From: Thermoplasmatota archaeon
GTDB lineage: Archaea > Thermoplasmatota > Thermoplasmata > UBA10834
DNA length: 64,000 nucleotides
Assembly (NCBI GenBank): GCA_040751795.1
Contig: JBFMHR010000001.1
Span: forward strand, 224,001-288,000
Reading direction: 5' to 3'
Made by a program: the position numbers and the translations under genes
Notes under the pieces: model-generated
Told to the model about the DNA's origin: nothing
Seen by the model: only the letters and a program-made list of their open reading frames with translations
Database searches by the model: none
Shown: positions 1 to 8,781 of the stretch, in pieces
Layout of the letters: the number at the start of each line of letters is the position of its first letter
Numbering within the stretch: position 1 is the stretch's first letter

Positions 1-178
1 TGTGCATCCCGTCGATGTCGAGGAGCACGACGGCCGCGTAGTCCGCCCCCGACATCTCGCGCAGGCCGTCCGCCACGAGAGAGAATGACTCGTCCGAGAT
101 GCCGGCCTCGTGGAGGCGGTCGTTCAGCCTCTGGATGACATCGAGCAGAAGGAGTCTCTTGTCTCTTGCGTCGGGCAA
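1..178 (-). CDS. N-terminal part of a probable GAF-domain sensory protein (runs off the window edge)
   Basis: Not in the ORF track. TTG at 178 follows GGAGG, and the frame stays open to position 1: LPDARDKRLLLLDVIQRLNDRLHEAGISDESFSLVADGLREMSGADYAAVVLLD. This helix-helix-GAD-beta pattern resembles the start of a GAF domain. Confidence 0.55.
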   Translation of the reverse strand, partial: MPDARDKRLLLLDVIQRLNDRLHEAGISDESFSLVADGLREMSGADYAAVVLLDIDGMH

Positions 179-305
179 ACCTGTTGTCCTCCGGGGGTGG
201 AGAGGCTGTGCGGCCTCCTCCAACGGCGTTCACGATAGATAAGACGTTCGCAGCGGGCCCGGGGGAGGGCGTAGCATGAAGTGCCCTGAGCCTCATCCGG
301 GGGCG

Positions 306-827
306 ATGACGACGCGGAAGGCCGGCGACAGGAGGCCGAGCGTGGCCCAGGGCGCCTACGTGGACGAGAGCGCCCTCCTCATCGGCGGCGTCACCATAAG
401 GAGGCGCGCGAGCGTGTGGCCGTGCGCCCTGTTGCGCGGGGACGACGACGATGTGGAGGTCGGGGAGGGCTCTGCCATCATGGACATGGCCTTCGCGGAG
501 GCGCCGAGGGGCCGCCCGGTCAGGGTGGGCAAGGGCTGCCTGGTCTCGCACGGGGCGCGGCTGCACGGGTGCACCGTGGAGGAGGGGTCCCTCATAGGGA
601 TCGGGGCGATAGTCCTCGACGGGGCCGTGATAGGCAGGGGCAGCATCGTGGCCGCCGGGAGCCTCGTGCCCCCCGGGAAGGCCGTCCCCCCGGGGTCGGT
701 GGCCGTCGGCTCGCCTGCCGCGGTGGCGAGGCAGGCGACGGACGAGGACCGGGCCCTCGTGAGGTCGGAGCTGGAGGCCGTCCAGGCCAAGGCGGAGAGG
801 TACTCCCGCAGCAGGGGCATCCGCTGA
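306..827 (+). CDS. Gamma-class carbonic anhydrase family (YrdA/CaiE-like) left-handed beta-helix protein
   Basis: Hexapeptide repeats (LIGGVTI, LLRGDDDDVEVGEGS, HGARLHGCTV, IGIGAIVLDGAVIG). Start taken at ATG 306. Confidence 0.9.
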   Translation: MTTRKAGDRRPSVAQGAYVDESALLIGGVTIRRRASVWPCALLRGDDDDVEVGEGSAIMDMAFAEAPRGRPVRVGKGCLVSHGARLHGCTVEEGSLIGIGAIVLDGAVIGRGSIVAAGSLVPPGKAVPPGSVAVGSPAAVARQATDEDRALVRSELEAVQAKAERYSRSRGIR

Positions 828-885
828 CGGGGCCGGGGGGCCCCGCGCGCGAGTCAGTATCAATAGCGAGAACGTCCTGCAACGA

Positions 886-894
886 CTTTATATA
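886..894 (+). promoter_or_regulatory. Archaeal TATA box candidate
   Basis: TTTATATAC AT island in a GC-rich intergenic region, upstream of a small unannotated ORF. Confidence 0.45.
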
Positions 895-971
895 CGCCGA
901 AGACGATTGATTTGCCAGCCCAAGCCCCCCATAGCGACGACTGGAATCAGGGAACGAACAGGTGGACAGCC

Positions 972-1070
972 TTGGAGATACACTTCAGCAAGCCGGTTGT
1001 GGCGAGGGTGCGGAAGTGCCGCACCGTGGTCGTGAGGGCCAAGCGCTCGGCCGACGAAGACAGGAGATAG
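972..1070 (+). CDS. Putative 32-aa basic small protein
   Basis: GGTGG precedes TTG 972; (M)EIHFSKPVVARVRKCRTVVVRAKRSADEDRR; third positions are G/C-rich as in neighbouring genes; the frame is also open from TTG 912. Confidence 0.35.
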   Translation: MEIHFSKPVVARVRKCRTVVVRAKRSADEDRR

Positions 1071-1223
1071 GCCCTCGGCCCGCGCGTGGCGTTGTAGTCA
1101 TCCCGTACATCCCCAGCCCGGGCCCTGGGGCGCGCCCGCACGGGCGCGCGCGCACCATATTTATAAGTCCGGCCCGAAAAATATATACCCGCCGGACGCC
1201 CATACACTGGCCGAGGGATGCAA

Positions 1224-1595
1224 ATGGCATCTGGACAACCGATGGGCCCTGCGCCTCAGGGTCAGTATCCGGGATACGCGCCAGTCTACCAGCCCGCGCA
1301 CAAGCAGCCGATCGAATACCTGAGACCGGTGGTCTCCGACGTCCTCCTAGCGCTGGGGCTCGTCGTCGGTCTGTTCCTGCTAATGCTGGGATGGATCATA
1401 TTCGGCGTGGCGGACACGGGCGCCGGAAGGGACGCAGGCCAGGTCGTCAAGTCGCTGGGCCTCTTCGTCCTGACCGCGGTGATGCTCCTCGGCGGGCTCA
1501 TCAGGGTGGACATGGAGAAGTGGGTCAGGTCGTCGCTGATTATCGGCGCGGTCCTGCTCATCTCGTGGGTCGGCTTCTGGACGATATACTACTGA
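1224..1595 (+). CDS. Membrane protein with Pro/Gln/Tyr-rich N-terminus and 3 TM helices
   Basis: MASGQPMGPAPQGQYPGYAPVYQP followed by three hydrophobic segments; TATA-like TTTATAAG upstream near 1160. Confidence 0.8.
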   Translation: MASGQPMGPAPQGQYPGYAPVYQPAHKQPIEYLRPVVSDVLLALGLVVGLFLLMLGWIIFGVADTGAGRDAGQVVKSLGLFVLTAVMLLGGLIRVDMEKWVRSSLIIGAVLLISWVGFWTIYY

Positions 1596-1628
1596 GCCCG
1601 CACATCGTCGGGACCGGCCTCAAACCCC

Positions 1629-1934
1629 TCACTTTCTGACCTCTTTCCCCACCTTCTCCTCGACCGAAGCCACCTTCCTGTCGATCATGCCCGAGGCGCC
1701 CCTCCGGTCGTCGACCTTGACGGTCGTTATGACCCTCGATGCCATGCCCATCACCCTCATGTGGCACTCCCTCACGACCGCCATGACGGAGTCGTAGTCG
1801 CCCTCCACGACGGTCCCCATCGGGTTGAGCCTGTAGGGGAGGCCCGAGGCCTCGACCACCCTGATGCACTCCGCCACGTACTGGCTCACGCTCTCCCCCT
1901 TGCCTATCGGGACGACGCTGAACTCCGCGAGCAA
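1629..1934 (-). CDS. MTH1187/YkoF-like thiamine-binding protein (DUF77)
   Basis: LLAEFSVVPIGKGESVSQYVAECIRVVEASGLPYRLNPMGTVVEG is the family pattern; TTG start after GGAGG. Confidence 0.9.
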   Translation of the reverse strand: MLAEFSVVPIGKGESVSQYVAECIRVVEASGLPYRLNPMGTVVEGDYDSVMAVVRECHMRVMGMASRVITTVKVDDRRGASGMIDRKVASVEEKVGKEVRK

Positions 1935-2121
1935 CTCGATGCCTCCGTACAACTCTGTCCATCGGCCGCAGGGGGGCCGGGCCCACTGACCCGTCCTTCC
2001 CAGGCGGCCGGCGGTTGAACGCCAATCTATTTATACGGGCGAAATCTAAATGAATCTTCCTGTAAGTCGCGCGATTCTCGGTTTTCGGGGCTGGTATGTC
2101 ATGAAGAGGCGAGGGGAGTCT

Positions 2122-2544
2122 TTGAATGTTATTACCAAGCTGAAGAAGTCGGACGCGGAGCCCGCGGGGAGCACGCTCACCGTCGAGCACCTCACCAAGG
2201 CGATCAAGAACAGCATCGACAAGCAGGGGATGCCCGAGGAGGAGGCCAGGGCGATGGCCCAGCACGTCATGAACTTCTTCGGCTACAGCGAGAGGATCAT
2301 TGACAACGTGCTCGAGCCCGAGGACCGCGACGCCTTCTACATGCTCGAGGACGCGGGGATACTGGTCACCGAGCGCGAGGAGACCACCCTGTACGACGGC
2401 CGCGAGTGGCGCATCCACTACTGGATGTTCCGCAAGGACCGAATCCACGAGCTCATCTCGGGCCGCGGGAGGGGCGCCTCCGCGGACGGGGAGCTCAACA
2501 GCGTCTACGACGAGATACCCGACGACATCTGGACCCGCGAGTAG
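2122..2544 (+). CDS. Conserved Thermoplasmata hypothetical protein (DUF6015-like)
   Basis: NFFGYSERIIDNVLEPEDRDAFYMLEDAGIL...TTLYDGREWRIHYW recalled as the family pattern; TTG 2122 follows GAGGGGAG (alternative start ATG 2101). Confidence 0.75.
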   Translation: MNVITKLKKSDAEPAGSTLTVEHLTKAIKNSIDKQGMPEEEARAMAQHVMNFFGYSERIIDNVLEPEDRDAFYMLEDAGILVTEREETTLYDGREWRIHYWMFRKDRIHELISGRGRGASADGELNSVYDEIPDDIWTRE

Positions 2545-2610
2545 GCGACCTCTACTTTCGCGGAGCCCGTGCAAAGCCATTTGACCAGAGCACGCCCTGG
2601 CACCCGGCGG

Positions 2611-4557
2611 ATGGCATCGGCGGTGTTCCCATACGCCCCCAGGCCGGGCCAGGAGGCGCTCATGCAGGCCGTGGCCTCGGCCTGCGAGACGCGCTCCCAC
2701 ACCGTCATAGAGAGCGGCACCGGGACGGGCAAGACGGTCTGCGCCCTGACGGCCTGCGTCGAGCAGTGCCGGTCCAGGGGGAAGAAGCTCCTCTACCTCA
2801 CCAGGACCAACTCCCAGCAGAGGCAGGTCATGCTCGAGCTGCGCATGATCTCCGCGAGGCACAGGGTGTTCGGGGTCGCCCTCCAGGGGAGGAGGAACAT
2901 GTGCCCCCTCGCCGCCACGGACGAGGAGCTGAGCAAGGGGAACCCCGAGGAGCTCTCCAAGGTCTGCAGCGAGCGGAAGGCGCGGGTGCTCAAGGGGGAC
3001 GAGGATGCGTGCAGGTTCTACGCCGCCACCATCACGGACGACCTCTCCCCCGTGCTGAGGTGGGCCAGGGACGAGCTGCCCACGGCCGAGGAGTTCGTTG
3101 ACCACTGCATCGACAGGGACCTCTGCCCCTACGAGGTCTGCAAGCTGCACGTCCCCGCGGCGGACGTCGTCACGGCCCCGTACATCATGTTCTTCGACAG
3201 GTTCATCAGGCACGCCCTCCTGGACTGGATGGCCTGCGCCCCCTCGGACGTCGTGGTCCTCGTGGACGAGGCGCACAACCTGCCCTCCTACGCCAGGGAG
3301 CTCGAGTCCGCGGACCTCAGCGACGTCACCCTGAGGCTGGCCCACAGGGAGATAGACGAGTTCGGGGACCCGGAGGTGGCCGAGGGGACGAGCCTCCGCG
3401 ACTTCGTGGGGATGCTGGAGGAGGTGCTGGACAAGGCCGTCGCCGAGTACCTCGTGGACGAGGACGGGATCATACCCCAGTCCTTCGTCGAGGAGGAGCT
3501 CATGTTCGGCACGCACCTCACGAGCAGGGGGGTCCGCGGGCTCATATCCCAGGCCGCCAACTTCGGCGAGATGGTCCGGGACAGCAAGAAGCTCGCGGGG
3601 AGGCTCCCGAGGTCCTACGTCTTCGGGGCGTCCAACTTCCTCGCGTTCTGGCACCAGCTCGACGAGGAGGAGTACATCAAGCTCGTGGCGGCGGGGGAGG
3701 CGAAGGCGCTCGAGGCGTACTGCCTCGACGCGTCCATAGCGTGCAGGCCCCTCATGGAGTGCCACACCAGCATACACATGTCCGGGACCCTGAGGCCCCT
3801 CGACGACTACCGCGACTCGATCGGCCTCCCCAGGGACTCCCGGCTCGTGGACGTCCCCTCCCCCTTCCCGCCCGGGAACAGGCTCGTGCTCTACTCCGAC
3901 GACGTCACCACCAAGCACGACGACATAGCGAGGGACGACACCCTCCTGGACAGGATGTCCGACCGCATATCCGGGGTGCTGTCCCAGGTGCCGAGGAGCA
4001 CCATAGTGTTCTACCCGTCCTACGCGCTCATGGAGCGCATCGCCGGCAGGACCGCCGGGGCCTCCCGGGGCAGGGAGGTGTTCCTCGAGACGCGCGGGAT
4101 GGACCAGGCGGAGCTGATGGACGCGGTCCGCGGCTTCAAGTCGTCCTCGGGCAGGGCGGTGATGCACGCCATCGCCGGGGGCCGCGTGAGCGAGGGCCTG
4201 GACTTCCCCGGGTCGGAGATGGAGGTCGCCCTGGTCGCCGGCATACCCTATCCCAAGCCCACCGCGAAGCAGAGGGCCCTCCAGCACTTCTGCGAGCTGA
4301 GGTTCGGCGACGGGTGGGCCCACGCGGTCCAGGCGCCGACGAGCAGGAAGCTGCAGCAGGCCATAGGGAGGCTGATCAGGAGCGAGACGGACAGGGGCGT
4401 CGCGCTCGTCCTGGACAAGAGGATCGTCCACTTCAGGGACACCATCGGGGCCAGGCGCACGGACGACCCCGTCGCGGAGATGAGGGAGTTCTTCTCGTCC
4501 CCGCAGGAGCGGGCCCCCGAGCCGCCCCGGAAGGTGCGCAGGGGCCTCCAGCTCTGA
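2611..4557 (+). CDS. xpd: XPD/Rad3-family Fe-S ATP-dependent DNA helicase
   Basis: Q motif RPGQ, Walker A ESGTGTGKT, Fe-S cysteines (MCP, C, CRF, CPYE), DEAH box, SEGLDFPG, QAIGRLIRSETDRG. Confidence 0.95.
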   Translation: MASAVFPYAPRPGQEALMQAVASACETRSHTVIESGTGTGKTVCALTACVEQCRSRGKKLLYLTRTNSQQRQVMLELRMISARHRVFGVALQGRRNMCPLAATDEELSKGNPEELSKVCSERKARVLKGDEDACRFYAATITDDLSPVLRWARDELPTAEEFVDHCIDRDLCPYEVCKLHVPAADVVTAPYIMFFDRFIRHALLDWMACAPSDVVVLVDEAHNLPSYARELESADLSDVTLRLAHREIDEFGDPEVAEGTSLRDFVGMLEEVLDKAVAEYLVDEDGIIPQSFVEEELMFGTHLTSRGVRGLISQAANFGEMVRDSKKLAGRLPRSYVFGASNFLAFWHQLDEEEYIKLVAAGEAKALEAYCLDASIACRPLMECHTSIHMSGTLRPLDDYRDSIGLPRDSRLVDVPSPFPPGNRLVLYSDDVTTKHDDIARDDTLLDRMSDRISGVLSQVPRSTIVFYPSYALMERIAGRTAGASRGREVFLETRGMDQAELMDAVRGFKSSSGRAVMHAIAGGRVSEGLDFPGSEMEVALVAGIPYPKPTAKQRALQHFCELRFGDGWAHAVQAPTSRKLQQAIGRLIRSETDRGVALVLDKRIVHFRDTIGARRTDDPVAEMREFFSSPQERAPEPPRKVRRGLQL

Positions 4558-4612
4558 CCGCCGATAGCCGCGGAGGCGCCATTATAATACACCTCTGCGA
4601 TATGCCCCCCGG

Positions 4613-5176
4613 ATGTCGCTCTTGGAGGCCGTGCTGGCAGGCATCTGGCTGATGCTCCCGGCGCTCGTGCCCAACTCCGCCGCCGTGCTCTTCGGCGGGG
4701 GGACGCCCATGGACTTCGGCAGGAGCTGGCGGGGCAAGAGGGTCCTCGGCGACGGCAAGACCTGGAGGGGCTACTTCGGCGGCGCGCTCACAGGCCTGGG
4801 CGTCGGGGCCCTGCAGATCATGCTGACCGAGCTCCTGAGCGACCCGGACAGGTTCGGCTACGGCGAACTCCCGTGGGCGGTGGCGATGGTCGCCGCGCTG
4901 AGCTTCGGGGCCATGACCGGCGACTGCGTCGGCTCCTTCCTCAAGAGGAGGTTCGGGGTGGGGCGCGGGGAGAAGGCCCCCGTCCTGGACCAGTACAACT
5001 TCGCGGTCGGGGCCATCGCGTTCGCCGTGCTCGCGGGGCCCGGCTGGTTCGAGGGGCACTACATCGAGGACGACGGGGTGTACGCCCTCCTCGCGTTCCT
5101 GGTGGTCGTCCCCCTGCTCCACAGGTCCGTGAACATCATAGGTTATAAGTTGGGCAAGAAGAATGTGCCATGGTAG
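4613..5176 (+). CDS. carS: CDP-archaeol synthase
   Basis: PNSAAVLFGGGTPMDFG, GDGKTWRG, GDCVGSFLKRR, PVLDQ, NIIGYKLGKKNVPW (DUF46/CarS motifs). Confidence 0.93.
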   Translation: MSLLEAVLAGIWLMLPALVPNSAAVLFGGGTPMDFGRSWRGKRVLGDGKTWRGYFGGALTGLGVGALQIMLTELLSDPDRFGYGELPWAVAMVAALSFGAMTGDCVGSFLKRRFGVGRGEKAPVLDQYNFAVGAIAFAVLAGPGWFEGHYIEDDGVYALLAFLVVVPLLHRSVNIIGYKLGKKNVPW

Positions 5177-5187
5177 GGGGCGCGCGC

Positions 5188-5688
5188 ATGCTCAGGCAGA
5201 TGCTGAAGGACATGAAGGTCGTGCAGACTGGCGAGTTCGTGCTGGCATCGGGCAAGAAGAGCAACTTCTTCGTCAACATCAAGAGGGCCAGCACTGACCC
5301 TAGGGTCCTGAGGGAGATTGGAAGGGAGATGGCGCCGCACGTCGGCGACTGCAAGATCGCGGGGATGGCCCTCGGGGCGGTGCCCATAGCGGTGGCGGTC
5401 GCGCTCGAGACGGACCGGCCCTTCGTCATGGTGAGGAAGGAGCCGAAGGACCACGGGACCAAGGAGCTGATCGAGGGTGACGTCACGCCCGGCGAGAAGT
5501 TCGTCGTCGTCGAGGACGTGGCGACCACGGGCGGGTCCACCATGAAGGTCGTCAACGCGCTCAGGTCCAAGGGGGCCCATGTGACCAAGGCGATAGTGGT
5601 CGTGGACCGCGAGGAGGGGGCTGCGCAGCTCCTCTCCGAGAACGGGATCGAGTTCGTCTCGGTCTTCAAGGCCAAGGACCTGGCATGA
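5188..5688 (+). CDS. pyrE: Orotate phosphoribosyltransferase
   Basis: GEFVLASGKKS, RKEPKDHGT, PRPP-binding motif VVEDVATTGGS. Confidence 0.95.
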   Translation: MLRQMLKDMKVVQTGEFVLASGKKSNFFVNIKRASTDPRVLREIGREMAPHVGDCKIAGMALGAVPIAVAVALETDRPFVMVRKEPKDHGTKELIEGDVTPGEKFVVVEDVATTGGSTMKVVNALRSKGAHVTKAIVVVDREEGAAQLLSENGIEFVSVFKAKDLA

Positions 5689-6236
5689 GCGTGGCACCTG
5701 TCGACCCGCGCTGCAGGCTCTGCCGGCTCTCGGGGACGAGGACGCATGTGGTCGCCGGGAAAGGGGACAGGGAGGCCCCGTTGCTGTTCATAGGCGAGGC
5801 CCCGGGGAAGGACGAGGACCTCAGGGGCGCCCCATTCGTCGGGCGGGCCGGGAGGGTCCTCGACGGCGCCCTCGCGGCTGCGGGCGTGTCCAGGGACGAC
5901 GTATACATCACCAACCTGGTCAAGTGCCGCCCCCCGGGCAACCGGAGGCCGAAGGGGGACGAGGTGCGGGCGTGCCGCGCCCACCTCGAGGCCGAGGTCC
6001 TGGAGGTGGGGCCGGAGGTCGTCTGCCTCCTGGGGCAGACGGTCGCGGAGCAGCTCGCGGGGACGCGCGGGAGGATGAGGGACCTCGTCGGGAAGGAGGT
6101 AAGGTTCACGCTCGGCGGCAGGGAGATGCGCGCGTTCGTCGCCTACCATCCGGCAGCGTGTCTATATAGAAGGGAGAACGTCGAAAGCCTCACGGAGACC
6201 GTGAGGCTCTGCGCGGAGGCGGCGGGCCTCCGCTGA
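5685..6236 (+). CDS. udg: Family 4 (Fe-S) uracil-DNA glycosylase
   Basis: CxxC, GEAPG, PFVGRAG, TNLVKCRPPGNR, YHPAA. Confidence 0.93.
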   Translation: MSVAPVDPRCRLCRLSGTRTHVVAGKGDREAPLLFIGEAPGKDEDLRGAPFVGRAGRVLDGALAAAGVSRDDVYITNLVKCRPPGNRRPKGDEVRACRAHLEAEVLEVGPEVVCLLGQTVAEQLAGTRGRMRDLVGKEVRFTLGGREMRAFVAYHPAACLYRRENVESLTETVRLCAEAAGLR

Positions 6237-6246
6237 GGTCGGGCAC

Positions 6247-8109
6247 ATGGCATCACCCAGGGCACGCCTGCGCGGAGCCGTTCTGACGATCATCCTGCTC
6301 TGCCTTGCATCGGTCCCCTCTCAGTTGTCGGTCCACGCGTCCGGCCAGGACGAGACCACCTGGACCTTCATGGTGTACATGGCCGCTGACTCCGAGCCGG
6401 CCCTCCCGTGGGAGGAGGACCTGAACGAGATGGAGGCGGCCTCCCTTGCCGAGTGGATGAACGTGGTCGTCCTCGCGGACCCGCTGGGCGACGGCGACTC
6501 GGTGCTCCTCGAGATCGCGGGCGACGACGGCCCCGACATCGTGTCCCCGGAGATCGACGACTCCGGCGAGGTCGTCCCCCTCGCTGGCGAGGTGGACATG
6601 TCCTCGCCCTACACCCTCATCGACTTCGTGGCCTTCACGGCCGGGGCGTACCCGGCGGACAGGTACGCCCTGGTCCTGTGGGGGCATGGCGGAGGCTGGT
6701 ACGGCATGTGCGCCGACGGCCTGTCGGTCCTCACGCCGGGGGAGCTGGGCCTCGCCCTGGAGTCCGTGTCCGATTCCATGGGCAGGGGTCTGGACATCGT
6801 CATCGCGGACTCCTGTGCGGAGGGGGTCCTGGAGACCATCCACGAAGCGGCCAAGGGGGCGGAATGGTACGTCGGGAGCGAGATCAACGTCCCGGCGCAG
6901 GGACTGAGGTACGATCTCGTGCTCGACACACTCTCGGAGGACGCCGAGGTCTCCCCCGGGGACTTCGGCGCCAGGGTATGCGAGATACACAGGACTTCGC
7001 TCTACTACGACTCATGGTCGGCGGCTATGGCCGTCTACGACCTCGGCGCCCTCGGGGCGTTCGAGTCCGACCTTCACGAGCTCTCCGTCGCCGTCCAGGG
7101 CTACGACGCGCTCTACGGCGAGGCTCTCATGGCCACGCTGAACGAGACCGCGAAATCGGACTTCACGGACTGGTACCTGGACATGGGCGACCTGTTGGAG
7201 AGGCTCGCGTCCTCCGACCTGCCCCTGAGGCTGAGGTACCAGGCGCTCCAGGCGCTCCTGTCCTACCACGGGCTCGTCCACGGGCTGGCGCTGTACGCCA
7301 GCCCTCACGATGCGATGGCTGCCAACTTCACCGGGGCCATGGCCTACGCGCCTGGGGAGGGGCCCGCAGACGGGCAGTACTGGTCCCTCTCGTTCTCCTC
7401 CGTGGGCTGGGGCGACGCCACGGCGCTTGTGAGGAGCTACGCCCCGGCGGCGGAGAACCTGCCCGGCCCGCAGATCGCGTATGAGGACACGGACGAGGAC
7501 GGGAGGCAGGACGAGGCCGTCATCGGCTGGGACGCGGGCCACGACCTGTACACCGCCCTGGTGTTCGTCCGGACCCCTTCAGGGGAGCAGATGGTCGCGA
7601 GCCTGGAGTCGTCGACGCCGGAGATCGTCGTGGCCGGCGTCTGGGGCGACCTGACCGTCTCTATGGAGGCCTGGGACGGCGGCTCCGTCGTGTCGCACCA
7701 CGACGTGGACATGGCGTTGTGCGGGGACGTCGAGGTACGCGTCCGGGTCCTGGAGGACGGGGTTCCGGTCGGCGACGGCGTCGACGTCCGGGTGGTCACC
7801 GGCAACAGCACCGTCAACCTCAGCCTCTCCGATGGCGTGTTCGGCGGGACCCTGCGTGTGCCCGAGGAGGCGGCCTATGGGGAGCTCGTCTCCGTCGAGG
7901 TGGTCGCTGCGGGCGGCCTGGTCCTCGGGCAGAACTGGACCTATGTCCAGGTCCCGGTCATGCATGTGGAGGTCGACAAGGTCCCTGAGTATCTGCCGGG
8001 GCCGGACATACCGGCCGTGGCATTGGCCGCATCCGCGGCCCTCATCGCCCTGGTCCTGGCGGCCGCCTATGCAGCGGGCCGCGCGAGAAGGCGCAGGCGC
8101 GGCGCCTAG
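6247..8109 (+). CDS. Membrane-anchored clostripain-family (C11) cysteine peptidase
   Basis: Signal peptide, WTFMVYMAAD, DLNEME, YPADRYALVLWGHGGGW (catalytic His), ADSC (catalytic Cys); C-terminal TM helix and basic tail RARRRRRGA. Confidence 0.88.
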   Translation: MASPRARLRGAVLTIILLCLASVPSQLSVHASGQDETTWTFMVYMAADSEPALPWEEDLNEMEAASLAEWMNVVVLADPLGDGDSVLLEIAGDDGPDIVSPEIDDSGEVVPLAGEVDMSSPYTLIDFVAFTAGAYPADRYALVLWGHGGGWYGMCADGLSVLTPGELGLALESVSDSMGRGLDIVIADSCAEGVLETIHEAAKGAEWYVGSEINVPAQGLRYDLVLDTLSEDAEVSPGDFGARVCEIHRTSLYYDSWSAAMAVYDLGALGAFESDLHELSVAVQGYDALYGEALMATLNETAKSDFTDWYLDMGDLLERLASSDLPLRLRYQALQALLSYHGLVHGLALYASPHDAMAANFTGAMAYAPGEGPADGQYWSLSFSSVGWGDATALVRSYAPAAENLPGPQIAYEDTDEDGRQDEAVIGWDAGHDLYTALVFVRTPSGEQMVASLESSTPEIVVAGVWGDLTVSMEAWDGGSVVSHHDVDMALCGDVEVRVRVLEDGVPVGDGVDVRVVTGNSTVNLSLSDGVFGGTLRVPEEAAYGELVSVEVVAAGGLVLGQNWTYVQVPVMHVEVDKVPEYLPGPDIPAVALAASAALIALVLAAAYAAGRARRRRRGA

Positions 8110-8777
8110 AACCGCTTCCTGAAGAGGAACCTGAGGTTCCCGAGCCCGTCCTTCCAGCTCTGCAGTTTGACCTCGCCCACCCTGACCCTGTAGGTTATGG
8201 GCACCTCGGCGGCCCTGGCCTTCTTGAAAGCCTCGATCTTGATCTCCTCGGACATGGACATGCCGTCGCTCTCCAGCACGAGCCCGTCCAGGATGGCCCT
8301 CCTGAACACCCACATGCCGCTCTGCGAGTCCCTGACCTTCACCCTGAACAGGAGCCTCGCGGCGACTGAGAGCACCTTGTTCCCGAGCCTGTGCTTGGCG
8401 CTCATCGCGCCCGGCGCCATGTCGGCGAACCGGTCCGTGGTGATGAAGTCCAGCGGCCCCGCCTCGAGCCTGTCCGCGAGCTTCGGGATGTCGGATGCGG
8501 GGTAGGTCATGTCCGCGTCCAGCGTGGCTATGATCTCCCCCGACGCCCTCTCGAAGCCCGTCTTGTACGCGCGGCCGTAGCCCCGTCTCGGCTCCGGGAC
8601 CACGAGCGCGCCCTTGGCCGCCGCGATCTCCCTGGTCCTGTCCCTGGAGTCCGTGTCGACGACGATGACCTCGAACGGCCTGGCGCCGTCGAGCGCGGCC
8701 TTTACCTCGTCGATGACGAGGCCTATGCTCCTCTCCTCGTTCATCGTCGGGATGACCACGGACACCTTGGCGGGCAA
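8106..8777 (-). CDS. GT2 glycosyltransferase (dolichol-phosphate glycosyltransferase-like)
   Basis: VSVVIPTMNEE, RGYGRAYKTG, DAD motif, DSQSGM, RVGEVKL. Confidence 0.92.
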   Translation of the reverse strand: MPAKVSVVIPTMNEERSIGLVIDEVKAALDGARPFEVIVVDTDSRDRTREIAAAKGALVVPEPRRGYGRAYKTGFERASGEIIATLDADMTYPASDIPKLADRLEAGPLDFITTDRFADMAPGAMSAKHRLGNKVLSVAARLLFRVKVRDSQSGMWVFRRAILDGLVLESDGMSMSEEIKIEAFKKARAAEVPITYRVRVGEVKLQSWKDGLGNLRFLFRKRF

Positions 8778-8781
8778 GCGA

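Noticed and set aside
1558-4431. 957-aa minus-strand ORF, and similar long ORFs at 18379-21753, 19235-21154, 37216-39894 and 56556-58838
   Set aside because: Shadow frames overlapping well-supported genes. They have Arg/Gly/Pro-rich composition and no motifs, as expected from stop-codon scarcity at high GC.
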